From Pseudomonadota bacterium (GTDB lineage Bacteria; Pseudomonadota; Alphaproteobacteria; Sphingomonadales; Sphingomonadaceae): a DNA stretch of 64,000 bases. Under the pieces are notes generated by a model, which had not been told where the DNA came from, ran no database searches, and was given only the letters and a program-made list of their open reading frames with translations. The stretch is taken from assembly GCA_023423655.1 (NCBI GenBank), contig JAFAFE010000005.1, positions 72,058 through 136,057 on the forward strand. The letters run 5' to 3'. How positions within the stretch are numbered: position 1 is the stretch's first letter; each line of letters opens with the position of its first letter. The position numbers and the translations under genes were made by a program. Positions 36,703 to 46,447 of this stretch are shown piece after piece.

Positions 36703-37320
36703 CTAGCGGGGTCGCGACATTAGAACGTCTGTCTCGCCCATGACGATCGCGACAATCTCCAGCACCACCGGATCGGGGAGTTCGAGCAACCGCGCAAACA
36801 GTGGCGCAAAAGGGGGACAGCCCAGCGGCCTTCCCGTGACGCTGGGCGCTTCCGGATCGAAGCCGAGCACGTCGAGCACCGCGCGGCGCTTAGTGTCGAA
36901 CGCCGCCTCGGCTGGACAGCTCTCGACGCTCTCGGCGATATCCTCCTTCGGCACGCGCTGGCCCTCGACATCGACGCGCCAGAGATCGGCGCCAGCGATG
37001 ACATGCGCTAGCATCGCCCGCAGCGCCACCCCGCCATGACCCGCTAGATCGGCGCACACCGCCGCATGGCGATGCAGGTCGATATATGCATTGAGCGGAC
37101 CCGACACCTCGGGCCGCACCGGCTTCGCGACGACCGCATCGCCCTCGCCATCGCCGCTGCCCGCCGAAAGCCGCTTCGCTTCCTTCGATGTGACGAACCC
37201 TTCGTGGAACGTCACCTCTCCGCTCTCGCGCACCTCTGCGACGTCGGGGTCTTTCCCCTTCCCGCACATGTTGGCAGCGGCAATGGTCAGATTGCCCAGA
37301 TCGACGAAATCCAGCTTCAT
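36703..37320 (-). pseudogene. Short ParB-like ORF, probably a remnant of a large ICE/plasmid ParB/Srx-type protein
   Basis: ATG 37320 follows AAGGAAG. The N-terminus MKLDFVDLGNLTIAAANM... resembles the start of ICE ParB-like proteins as I remember them, but the ORF is only 205 aa and lacks a recognisable ParB core. Confidence 0.45.
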
Positions 37321-38137
37321 GACTTTCTTCCTTTTCTTCAACCACACCCGGCCCCGGACGGCGGGGCGGGCGGCGAGAAAAGGCTACGGGACCGCTCCAA
37401 AGGACCGCGCGCGCCCGAAGGGCCGCAATGCAATGGAGGAGCCGGGTCCGGCGGACCGGCTTGCGGGGCGTCCGAGCGGTCCCATAGCCGTGCGCCGAAC
37501 GACACGCTGTCCGTGGCCAGCTCACCGGCAACGCCGCCGTGCGGTCAGCGCGGCGTCATCTTCGGAGAACAGACGCGCCGTTGGCGAAGCCGCCGGCGGG
37601 GAGGCGTGCGTGCGGGCCTGTGCTTAGCCGCCGCCCCGCCAAGACCAGCGAGCCCAAGAGCGCTGCGCGGCCAACCGTGCAAACACGCGACCTCTGGCGG
37701 CAGCCTGTCGCCGCCGGTGCGCGCTCAATTGAGGCCGCGCTCGTTTTCTCACGTTTTTAGCGGACTGTCCGCTGCTAGGCGTCGCTCCAGATAACGGATA
37801 TTCCGAGTTGCTATCGCCGAACACTACCGAGCGGGCAACAAAACGGCCAATGTGCGTTTATATGCAATAGCCGCCGCACCACCCAAATAGCCGACTGACT
37901 GCAATAGTCAGGACAGACGCGCAATCCCTGACCGCGCCAGCCGTCGGTGACAAGGGACCATCAGGAACCGGGCGTACACTTGGCGGGTCGTAGGGAGCGG
38001 CCAGCCTCTGCGCGAGAAGTGCGGCCGGATTTTTAGCCGGTCGTAAGAAAAAGGTTTTCCACTTCCTTGTTCAAGTCACTGCGGAAAACTGCACCTCTCG
38101 CTGTCGCGGTGTTGAAACGAGAGAATGGCTGCTCGGG

Positions 38138-39335
38138 TTAGATAACACGCTGCGATCGGAGGGCCGAAATCTGCTCACGCGTCATGCCAAGTGAAGATTC
38201 TAGTATCTCGTCAGTTTGTGCTCCAAGCTCCGGAGCCAAGCGCGGTACCGGCGCTGGTGTTGCGCTTAATCTCGGCATTTTCAGTTGGCCAATGCGGGGA
38301 TTGTCGAGAGTCAAAATTCCGCCGCGTGCGGCATAATGTGGATTGTCGAGGATATCGCCAGCCGAATATATGAGCGAATAGGCGAGCCCCTTCGCTTCAA
38401 GCAAGTCGCAGACTTCGGATGTCGGCATAGACAAATCCAATCCGCCACGATTTTATTTATTTATCTCCCTCACATGCTCCCATCTCCAGCGCGTGCGTGC
38501 GGTAGCGCGCATCTTCGAGCAGGTCCAAACGGTTCATTGCCGTGCATAGGCGGGCGAACAGCCCATCATTGGAAATGGTCATGACGAGATAGCGACCATC
38601 GCTCGTCTCGAAATGGTCACCCGGTGCCGCGCCAAAATGTAGGTTACCTGTCCGGTCGCGCTTATTCCCGAGTTTGTCGAACGCAGTGATCATGACGTCC
38701 GTGAATCGGAAGGCCGTCTCAAACAGCGACAAGTCAATATGCTGGCCAAGTCCGCCAGCCACGTCGCGATGGTAAAGCGCGACCGTCACGGAATAGGCGC
38801 CGAAGATGGCGGTTTGATAATCCGCAATGGCAGCGCCAAGTCGAACCGGTGGCCGATCCGGATCGCCGGTCATGTGGAGCAGGCCAGAATAGGCAAGCGC
38901 GATGCGATCGTAGGCGGCGCGCGATGCATTGGGGCCGGTCTGCCCGTATCCGGAAATGCTGAGCATGCCGAGCCGCGGATTTGTTTCCCGCAGGCGTTCA
39001 TAGTCGATGCTCCATTTCTTCATCGTTCCGGGACGGAAATTCTCGATGAGGACATCGGCTTGCTTCACAAGTTCGCGCAGGATCGATTGTCCCTCTTCTT
39101 GGCGGAGATCGAGCGTCAGAGAGCGTTTTCCGCGACCCTCGATATTCCACCAGAGGCCTTCGCCATCGATCGCCGGACCATTGGAACGAATGGTATCGCT
39201 GCCGTCCGGGCGCTCGACCTTAATCACGTCAGCACCGAGATCGCTCATAAGCGTCGCGGCAACTAGGCCGGCAACCATTGTGCCGAGGTCGAGAATGGTA
39301 ATCCCCGCCAGCGGCCCTCGCCCTTCCTCGGTCAT
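38138..39335 (-). pseudogene. Family III (CaiB/BaiF) CoA-transferase, disrupted
   Basis: N-terminal 292 aa (38457..39335: ITILDLGTMVAGLVAATLMSDLGADVIKVE..) and C-terminal 100 aa (38138..38440: ..DILDNPHYAARGGIL..) lie in different frames. They are separated by an AT-rich ATAAATAAAA stretch with a TAA stop. Fragments of the expected linker (EHVREINK, IVADWI) appear in two other frames. Confidence 0.75.
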
Positions 39336-39348
39336 CGAACCTCCAATC

Positions 39349-40626
39349 TCACCCCTCGCGGGCCGTGATATCGGCCACCAGTGTCCGGCTCGCTCGCCAA
39401 TAGCTGATCGACGAAAGCGCCTTGGCGAAAACCACGATGCAAAGGGCCCAGCGAAGCGATTCGATCCCGAAGGACGGCTCCAGGAGGTCGCTGAGCAGTC
39501 CGATAATCTGGGGTCCGAGGCCTGCGCCGATAAGGTTCATGACGAAGAGTAGAATTGCCGCCGCAAGCGCCCGGGTTCGTGGCTCGGCCAGCAACTGCAC
39601 GCTCGCAAAAACCGGGGAGAGGTAGGCATAGTTGAGTATGCCCGGAATTGCGAAGAGGAGAAATGCGAGTTGCGGGCTCCCTGCAACGAAGACACTAAAA
39701 TAAAAGGGCGTGGCGACCAGCATCGCGATCGCGGGAACGAGAACATACCAAGCCTTGTTGCGCCGCCCGAGATATTCGGCGACCCACCCGCCGCCGAGAA
39801 CCCCGATCGCGCCCGAAATCCCGGTCGCGAGCCCGAGATACAAGCCGATCTCGGCGGTACCCATGCCATGCGACCGGATGAAGAAGGTCGGCGTCCACTG
39901 GAGGATCCCGTAACCCCCGATCGCATTCAATGACGATGCAATGACAATATTGCGGTAACTCGGAACCGCCCACAGCTGCCGGAAAGCGCCCCAGGCCGAG
40001 ACCTCGCCCTGACTCTTTATCGCCTTGCGTTCAGGTTCCTTGATCGTGAGCCATGTCAGCAGGGCGAGCGCGACGCCCGGCAATCCGACGATCATGAAGG
40101 CGTGGCGCCAGCTGAAATGTTCGTTGATCCACCCGCCGGCGGCGAGGCCGATTAGGATGCCGACGGGCAGCCCGAGCGAATAGATCGCAAGCGCGCGCAC
40201 CCGCCAGCTACTCGGAAATATATCGGTCAGCATCGAGTGGGCGGGCGGCGTACAGCCGGCCTCGCCGACCGCGACCGCCGTCCGCGCCGCAAGCAGTTGC
40301 GGGAAGGTCCGGGCAAGACCGCAGACCGCGGTCATCGCGCTCCACAAGGCGAGGCTCGCGACGACGACATTACGCCGCGACCATCGGTCGGCGAGGCGCG
40401 CCAGCGGGACACCGAACACCGCGTAGAAGAAAGCGAAGGTGATGCCGGTAAGGAAACCGAGCTGTGTGTCGTTGAGCTCGAGGTCGGTCCGGATAGACTC
40501 CATCAGAATCGACAGGATCTGACGGTCGATATAGTTGAACACGTTGATCGCAAAAAGTACCGCGAGGACGTACCAGGCATAGAGAGAAGCGGGCTTCTCC
40601 GCGCCATCTGCCGAAACATTCGTCAT
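39349..40626 (-). CDS. MFS transporter
   Basis: ORF 39349..40677; ATG 40626. About 12 hydrophobic segments and the MFS loop motif GVPLARLADRWSRR. Confidence 0.85.
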   Translation of the reverse strand: MTNVSADGAEKPASLYAWYVLAVLFAINVFNYIDRQILSILMESIRTDLELNDTQLGFLTGITFAFFYAVFGVPLARLADRWSRRNVVVASLALWSAMTAVCGLARTFPQLLAARTAVAVGEAGCTPPAHSMLTDIFPSSWRVRALAIYSLGLPVGILIGLAAGGWINEHFSWRHAFMIVGLPGVALALLTWLTIKEPERKAIKSQGEVSAWGAFRQLWAVPSYRNIVIASSLNAIGGYGILQWTPTFFIRSHGMGTAEIGLYLGLATGISGAIGVLGGGWVAEYLGRRNKAWYVLVPAIAMLVATPFYFSVFVAGSPQLAFLLFAIPGILNYAYLSPVFASVQLLAEPRTRALAAAILLFVMNLIGAGLGPQIIGLLSDLLEPSFGIESLRWALCIVVFAKALSSISYWRASRTLVADITAREG

Positions 40627-40720
40627 TTGCTGATCAACTTTCTGTTGCTGGCGAAGCGGCGCAGTGCTGCCGAACACAATGCGCGCATTTCGCGGCGCAT
40701 CGTGTCCGGCCAGCGATGTC

Positions 40721-42952
40721 CTAGAAGGAATAATCCAAGCGGACGCCGTAGGTCCTCGGCTGCGCGAGCACCTGCGAATCTGCCGTTCCCGACGTCGTCA
40801 GCGTGAGGCTATATTGTTCATTGAATAGATTCTCGCCCCATAGCGAGATGCGGAAATCGGCCGGGCCGGGTTTCCAGCCGATTTCGGCGTTAGCAAGCAA
40901 TTTCGAGGGTTCGCGGAGACGGTTGAACGTATCCCAATAGCTGTGGCCGGAATAATAGAGGTTTCCGGACAGCGAAATCTCGCCATCGCCTACGGGCGCA
41001 GTATAATTTCCGCCGACATTCGCCGTGAAAAACGGCGTGTTATTGACGCGATTGCCGCTGACGTCGCAGATCACCGTTCGGTTGCCGCCGATCGTCGGAC
41101 CTGTTCCCATGACGCACGCAGTCGCGGGGACCGGGTTTACCGTGGTGGCGGGGATCGTCACCTGTGCATTGGTGAAGTTCTTGAACTTCCCGCTGAGCGC
41201 CGAGACGCCGGTGCGCAACGTTAGCTGCGAGCTCGGCTTGATTACGGCTTCGAACTCGCCGCCATAGATGCGCGCGCTGCCGGCATTCTGCAGGATCGAC
41301 AGCAGGGTCACGGGATCGCGCGCTTGGTTCTGCATATCCTTATAGTCGGTGTAGTAGCCGGCCAGATTTATGCGGAGCCACGGCGTGATGTCGCTCTTCA
41401 GGCCAATCTCATATTGTTTGACATTCTCCGGCTGGACCGGGCGCAAAGCGGCTTGGTTCGTCGTCGCCGGGGCGAACAGCCCGCTTTTGAAGGCTTCGCC
41501 ATATTTGGCATAGAGGTTTAGCGAGGACGACGGCTGGTATTGCAGCGTAAGGCTTGGGGTGAATTTGCTGAACGTGGCCTTGGCGGCCAGCGTGCCGCCC
41601 GGCAGCGGCCGCGTCACGACCGACTCCAACCGACGCTTTTCCTTCGTGTATCGCCCCCCGGCGATGACAGAAAATGTGTCGGTGAGCGCGTAGGTCGCCT
41701 GGAGATAGGCCGCATAGCTATCGGTGTAGGAATGCGGATCGATATCGGTCGATGGCGCTCCGTTCACTCGCACTTGGTAGAAGGGATAATAAGAGTGATC
41801 GTGGAAATAGACGAGACCGCCGACCAGCTGGAGCGGCCCGTCCCATTCGGACGTGAAATAGGTCTCATGATAGAGATTCTTCGAATTCATCGTGTAATCG
41901 ATCGTCGCGAGTTCGGCGCGTGTGCCGTCCGAATCTGCCAGAATGTCGAGCGTGTTGTACTGATAGGCGGTGAGCGACGTGACTGTCACTGGGTCGAGCC
42001 GGAGAATGGCTGTTACCGTCCCGGTATATTGCTCAAGATTGTTGCGTGGGTCATAAGAGAGCGACGACGTGTAAGGCGCGATCCCATAGGGATTGCCGAC
42101 GACGCGTCGACCGGTCGTATTCTGTTCGAACGGCCGATAAGCCTCGCCCGTCGACTCCTTATTGCGCGTATAGCTGCCTGCGAGACGCAATTCGAAAGTC
42201 CCGCCTTGATTGATGTAGAGCTTCGCACGCGTCGAAAAATCGTCGCGAGAGCCAATCTTGTCGTCACGGCCGAAGTCGTAAATATAGCCATCGTCGCGTG
42301 TGATCACGAAGGCAACGCTCCCAGCGACCTTCTCCGAGCCGACCGAGGCATAGCCCTTGGCGACAACTTCGTTGAAACGTCCGTAGCTCAGACTGAGCGA
42401 CCCGGTGAGATCCTGCGAGGGCGTCTTGGTGATGACGTTGACTGCACCGCCGGTAGCGTTGCGCCCGAAGAGCGCACCCTGCGGCCCTTTGAGGACCTCG
42501 ATCCGCTCGATGTCGTTGAACTGAAAATTCTGCCCGCCGAGGAACGACTGGTAGGCACCGTCGACATAGATCGGCACGGTCGATTCATCGCCCGCGGCGA
42601 CGCCGCGAACACCGATCCCGCGAATGGTCGGCTGGGGCGAATAGACATATTGCGTGAAGTTGAGACCCGGCGTGACCTGCGTCAGTTCGTTCGTGCTGGA
42701 AATTCCGGCGGCCGCGAGCATACCGCTATCGAACGCGGTGATCGCCACGGGAACGTCCTGGAGTCGCTCTTCGCGACGGTTCGCAGTCACGATGATGTCG
42801 CCGACGCCAGCTTCTTCCGTTTGAGCCTGCTCGGGGGCCGGTGCTGAATCCTGGGCGAAAGCCGGTGCCGCCGAGACAAGCGCGCCCACTGCAACGCAGC
42901 AACCGAGCATCAGATTGATCGTGCGGCTCTTTCCTTGAGTCATGTCAGTCAT
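40721..42952 (-). CDS. TonB-dependent outer-membrane receptor
   Basis: ATG 42952 follows GGAAGGGGAG. Signal peptide, plug region (GDIIVTANRREERLQDVPVAITAF) and C-terminal barrel ending in ...YGVRLDYSF. Confidence 0.9.
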   Translation of the reverse strand: MTDMTQGKSRTINLMLGCCVAVGALVSAAPAFAQDSAPAPEQAQTEEAGVGDIIVTANRREERLQDVPVAITAFDSGMLAAAGISSTNELTQVTPGLNFTQYVYSPQPTIRGIGVRGVAAGDESTVPIYVDGAYQSFLGGQNFQFNDIERIEVLKGPQGALFGRNATGGAVNVITKTPSQDLTGSLSLSYGRFNEVVAKGYASVGSEKVAGSVAFVITRDDGYIYDFGRDDKIGSRDDFSTRAKLYINQGGTFELRLAGSYTRNKESTGEAYRPFEQNTTGRRVVGNPYGIAPYTSSLSYDPRNNLEQYTGTVTAILRLDPVTVTSLTAYQYNTLDILADSDGTRAELATIDYTMNSKNLYHETYFTSEWDGPLQLVGGLVYFHDHSYYPFYQVRVNGAPSTDIDPHSYTDSYAAYLQATYALTDTFSVIAGGRYTKEKRRLESVVTRPLPGGTLAAKATFSKFTPSLTLQYQPSSSLNLYAKYGEAFKSGLFAPATTNQAALRPVQPENVKQYEIGLKSDITPWLRINLAGYYTDYKDMQNQARDPVTLLSILQNAGSARIYGGEFEAVIKPSSQLTLRTGVSALSGKFKNFTNAQVTIPATTVNPVPATACVMGTGPTIGGNRTVICDVSGNRVNNTPFFTANVGGNYTAPVGDGEISLSGNLYYSGHSYWDTFNRLREPSKLLANAEIGWKPGPADFRISLWGENLFNEQYSLTLTTSGTADSQVLAQPRTYGVRLDYSF

Positions 42953-42993
42953 ATCTACTCCCCTTCCCAATTTTTTGAATCTCAGTTCAATAT

Positions 42994-43875
42994 TCAATCA
43001 TCACTAACTCGCAGGAATTCAGGCGCGCGCCGTTTCAGAAACGAATTGACACCTTCGACAAAATCTTTGGATTTCGAGCTTTCCAGCATCAGTGCGTAGG
43101 ATTTGCTCATCGCCTCATCGAGGCTCGTTTCGAGGTCCTCATAAGCCTGCCTCTTGATGATTCTGAGCGAGTTGGGCGCGCAGCGCGCCGCCATATCCGC
43201 GATATATCGTTTCGCGAATTCTACGACGTCGTCGCCCTCGACGATCCGGTTGAGGAGGCCGATACGCACGGCTTCGGCCGCATCGACCTTGCGACTCGAC
43301 AACAGCATGTCGAGCGCATGGCCGTGGCCGACAAGCCGCGGGAGAATCCAGCTGAGCCCCCATTCGGCAATCAGGCCCCGCTCGGGAAACGCCGCCTTGA
43401 ACATGGCGCTGGGCGATCCAAAGCGAACGTCGCAAAATGCTGCGATCGGGAGCGCCATGCCAACCACGGGTCCGCTGATCGCGGCAACGACGGGCTTTCG
43501 CACCGAAGCGAAATAGGCGTAGGAGAGGCGGAACCCACGCGGCATATCCTGGTCGCCCGGCGACGCGCGCGCGATATCGGAATCGGGCGCGATTGGGTCA
43601 CCGCCGGACGCGATCGCATGGGCATCCTGGAGGTCTCGGCCCGAACAAAAGGCGCCGCCCGCCCCGGTCAGCACGATCCCGACGACGCGCCTGTCGGCTT
43701 CGGCTGCCGCTAGCGCGTGCCGGACTTCCTTGCCCATGCGGTCGGTCCAGGCATTGAGCTGTTTCGGTCGATTAAACGTGATGACCGCGACCGGATCGTC
43801 GACGTCGTAGAGAATATCGCTGTACACAATCCTGACCTTTGCATTTGTCCCGGAAGTGGATGACCGCGCGGCCAC
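42994..43875 (-). CDS. Enoyl-CoA hydratase/isomerase (crotonase) family
   Basis: VAVITFNRPKQLNAW and GAGGAFCSGRDL (oxyanion-hole region). The start is uncertain: GTG 43875 or GTG 43827. Confidence 0.85.
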   Translation of the reverse strand: MAARSSTSGTNAKVRIVYSDILYDVDDPVAVITFNRPKQLNAWTDRMGKEVRHALAAAEADRRVVGIVLTGAGGAFCSGRDLQDAHAIASGGDPIAPDSDIARASPGDQDMPRGFRLSYAYFASVRKPVVAAISGPVVGMALPIAAFCDVRFGSPSAMFKAAFPERGLIAEWGLSWILPRLVGHGHALDMLLSSRKVDAAEAVRIGLLNRIVEGDDVVEFAKRYIADMAARCAPNSLRIIKRQAYEDLETSLDEAMSKSYALMLESSKSKDFVEGVNSFLKRRAPEFLRVSDD

Positions 43876-43897
43876 CGTGGAGCGGCGGCGTTATCGG

Positions 43898-44800
43898 CTA
43901 GCCTTTGTTGATGTTGGCGTAGAGCGGCGCGAGCGCGTCGCCGACGTGGCGTGGGTGGGTCGCGTTCGAGAAGTCGACCACGGGGTCCCAATTGTCGGAG
44001 AGAAGCTCAGGCGTCAGTTCGCTTGACAGCTCGAAAGTTATGCCCGCGGTGCGCTCCCAGCGCAGCCGACCAAACCAGCCGGCGCCGACTTCATAGAGGC
44101 CGCCGCCATCGGTGTGCTCCTCGCTGCACAGCTTGACGACGAGCGGCATGACATATTCGGGCTTGATCTTCTCGATAACTTCGGGCGGCAGCACCGTCTC
44201 GGTCATCCGCGACCCTGCGAAGGGCGCGATCGTGTTCGAGACGATGTTGAGCTTCTTGCCTTCGAAGTTGAGCGTCCGGCTCAGACCGTAAAGGCCAATC
44301 TTGGCCATCGAGTAATTGGCCTGACCGAAATTGCCGTAGATTCCTGCGGCCGAGGCAGTGAAGATCAGCCGGCCATAGGCTCGCTCGCGCATATGGGGCC
44401 AAGCGGCATGCGTAACCGCATAGGCGCCCTTGACGTGGACATTGTAGACGAGATCCCAGTCGTCGTCGGTCATCTTGTGAAAGCTTGCGTCGCGCAGGAT
44501 ACCGGCGTTGTTGATCACGATGTCGACCTGACCATATGTGTCGAGCGCGATCTGGACGATCTTGTCTCCTTCGAGAACCGAGTCATGGCTGGCGACCGCA
44601 TCGCCGCCGTTGGCACGAATTTCTGCGACCACAGCATCCGCAGCCGAGGTGTCGGCACCGCCGCCGAAGGTCGAGCCGCCGAGATCGTTGACGACGACCT
44701 TCGCGCCGCGCTCAGCCAGCGCGAGCGCATAGGAGCGGCCGAGCCCACGGCCAGCGCCGGTGATGATCGCCACGCGGTTGTCAAAATTGAGTTTAGACAT
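43898..44800 (-). CDS. SDR-family 3-hydroxyacyl-CoA dehydrogenase (MFE-2 dehydrogenase-domain-like)
   Basis: ORF 43898..45034; ATG 44800 (MSKLNFDNRVAIITGAGRGLGRSYA). YSMAK catalytic motif. Confidence 0.85.
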   Translation of the reverse strand: MSKLNFDNRVAIITGAGRGLGRSYALALAERGAKVVVNDLGGSTFGGGADTSAADAVVAEIRANGGDAVASHDSVLEGDKIVQIALDTYGQVDIVINNAGILRDASFHKMTDDDWDLVYNVHVKGAYAVTHAAWPHMRERAYGRLIFTASAAGIYGNFGQANYSMAKIGLYGLSRTLNFEGKKLNIVSNTIAPFAGSRMTETVLPPEVIEKIKPEYVMPLVVKLCSEEHTDGGGLYEVGAGWFGRLRWERTAGITFELSSELTPELLSDNWDPVVDFSNATHPRHVGDALAPLYANINKG

Positions 44801-44849
44801 TGATTGATCCTCGTCTTGGTTGTTCCGTCTGGGTCTGTGATCCCGATGG

Positions 44850-45995
44850 TCAGTTGGGGTTGGTGCCGAGCACGATGCAGCCGCTCGATCCGAAGATTCC
44901 GCCGACGCCAAGGCAGACCGACGTCTCCGCGCCTTCGACTTGGGCTGGCGACGTGCCACGCATTTGGCGGACGCTCTCCTGGAGAGCATACATGCCGTAC
45001 ATCCCCGAGTGCATGTATGAGAGGCCGCCGCCATTGGTGTTCATCGGGAGCTTGCCGCCGGGGCGCGTATGCCCCTCCCATATGAAGGCGCCGCCCTCGC
45101 CGCGCTCGCAGAAGCCGAGCGCCTCGAGCCCGTAGATCGGCAGGTGCGCGAAGGCATCGTAGACCATGAGATGATCGACATCGGCATGGCTGACGCCGGC
45201 CGAGCGCATCGCTTCACGGCCGGCCTGCCGAAAACTGTGAAAACCGCAAAGGTCATCCATTTGGCTGACCATGGTGGTTTCCGCACACTCGCCCCCCCCC
45301 AGCACATAGACGGGCTTCTGCCGCAAATCCTTCGCGCGCTCGGCCGATGTCACGATCAACGCACCCCCGCCATCGGTGACGAGGCAGCATTCGAGGATGT
45401 GGAAGGGATAGGCGATCATCTTGGAGGCGAAGACGTCCTCGATCGTGATCAGGTCGCGATAGGTCGCGCGCGGATGACGGCTCGCCCACTCGCGCTGGAC
45501 GACTGCGACATTGGCGAGTTGCTCCGCAGTCAGCCCATAATCCTTCATGTAACGGAGCACGGGAAGCGTGAACATCGTCGGCGGCCCGAGCAGCCCGAAC
45601 GGTGCCTCGAACTGACCGACCAGCGAGTTGGCGGCCAGCCCCTTATATTTGCCAGCTCCGACCTGTGAACGCCCGCTTTCGCCGTGCGTAATCAGCACTG
45701 TCGTGCAATAGCCCGCCTCGATCGCGGCCATCGCGTGGCGGACGTGGATCATAAACGAACAGCCGCCAACGTTGGTGCCGTCGATCCAGGTCGGCTTGAG
45801 GCCAAGATAGTGGGCTATCTCGTCTGGTGTGTCGCCGGGTCCCGCGGTCGCGATGCCGTCTATGTCATTCAGCTCGAGCCCGGCATCGGCGATCGCGTTG
45901 AGCGCCGCATCCGCATGGAGGAAGAGCTGCCCCTGATCGGGAATCAACCCGAGCTCCGTCGTCTCGGCCGCCCCGACGATTGCGACGCCGCTCAT
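44850..45995 (-). CDS. Thiolase-like protein (SCP-x/lipid-transfer-protein type)
   Basis: MSGVAIVGAAETTELG... and NTNGGGLS. It overlaps the DUF35 partner gene by 4 nt. Confidence 0.8.
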   Translation of the reverse strand: MSGVAIVGAAETTELGLIPDQGQLFLHADAALNAIADAGLELNDIDGIATAGPGDTPDEIAHYLGLKPTWIDGTNVGGCSFMIHVRHAMAAIEAGYCTTVLITHGESGRSQVGAGKYKGLAANSLVGQFEAPFGLLGPPTMFTLPVLRYMKDYGLTAEQLANVAVVQREWASRHPRATYRDLITIEDVFASKMIAYPFHILECCLVTDGGGALIVTSAERAKDLRQKPVYVLGGGECAETTMVSQMDDLCGFHSFRQAGREAMRSAGVSHADVDHLMVYDAFAHLPIYGLEALGFCERGEGGAFIWEGHTRPGGKLPMNTNGGGLSYMHSGMYGMYALQESVRQMRGTSPAQVEGAETSVCLGVGGIFGSSGCIVLGTNPN

Positions 45996-46447
45996 GCGTC
46001 CACTCCCGCCGGCTCGAAGACCGGAAGCGTGACCTTGTCGGTCACCGCCTCGAAGGCGACGCGCAATGGCATGTCGAGGACGAGTACCTCAGGTGTCTGC
46101 GGACAGCCGACGATATTAGTGAGCATGCACGGCCCTTCTGCGAGCTCGACGATCGCGATCGAATAGGGCTCCCTCCATTTCCATTTGGGATGGAGTCGCT
46201 GGTTGATGACGTAGCTGAGGAGGCGGGCCTCGCCCGAACAGGCGAGCGGTTCGACGTCGCGGCTGCCGCACTTGGGGCAGAAGGGACGCGGCGGGAAATA
46301 AGCCTTCTCGCATGCAATACAGCGCTGGACGAGTAGTCGCCCCTCGCGCGTTGCCTCCCAGAAGAAGCGCGTCTCGGGTGTTGGCTCGGGAAGCGGGCGG
46401 TCGGGCACTGGTCTATCGCTCATCGTCGTCCCCTCAGATTCGCTCAA
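45992..46447 (-). CDS. Zn-ribbon / OB-fold protein (DUF35 family)
   Basis: The CIAC...CPKC zinc ribbon is followed by an OB-fold region. It is coupled to the thiolase-like gene. Confidence 0.85.
   Translation of the reverse strand: MSESEGTTMSDRPVPDRPLPEPTPETRFFWEATREGRLLVQRCIACEKAYFPPRPFCPKCGSRDVEPLACSGEARLLSYVINQRLHPKWKWREPYSIAIVELAEGPCMLTNIVGCPQTPEVLVLDMPLRVAFEAVTDKVTLPVFEPAGVDA

Larger units (their letters stand above)
35876..38137. mobile_element. Decayed mobile-element remnant / island junction
   Basis: Contents: an AT-rich repressor-like gene without a start codon, a short ParB-like ORF, ~800 bp of GC-rich DNA with no credible ORF, and then a disrupted gene. Codon usage changes across the segment. 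Confidence 0.55.

Noticed and set aside
37066-37794. ORFs 36890..37531 (-), 37066..37794 (+), 37091..37627 (+) and others in the GC-rich stretch upstream of the ParB-like ORF.
   Set aside because: They overlap one another, are Arg/Pro/Gly/Ala-rich and have no motifs, which is typical of non-coding high-GC DNA.
35876-38137. A second copy of the tRNA-Met 3' end (att repeat) at the right-hand island junction.
   Set aside because: I scanned by eye for GGTTCGAGTCCCTCC / CTCCGCTACCA and their complements around 35.8-38.2 kb and found no match. The right-hand remnant is therefore not demonstrably the other end of the element at 1-6152.
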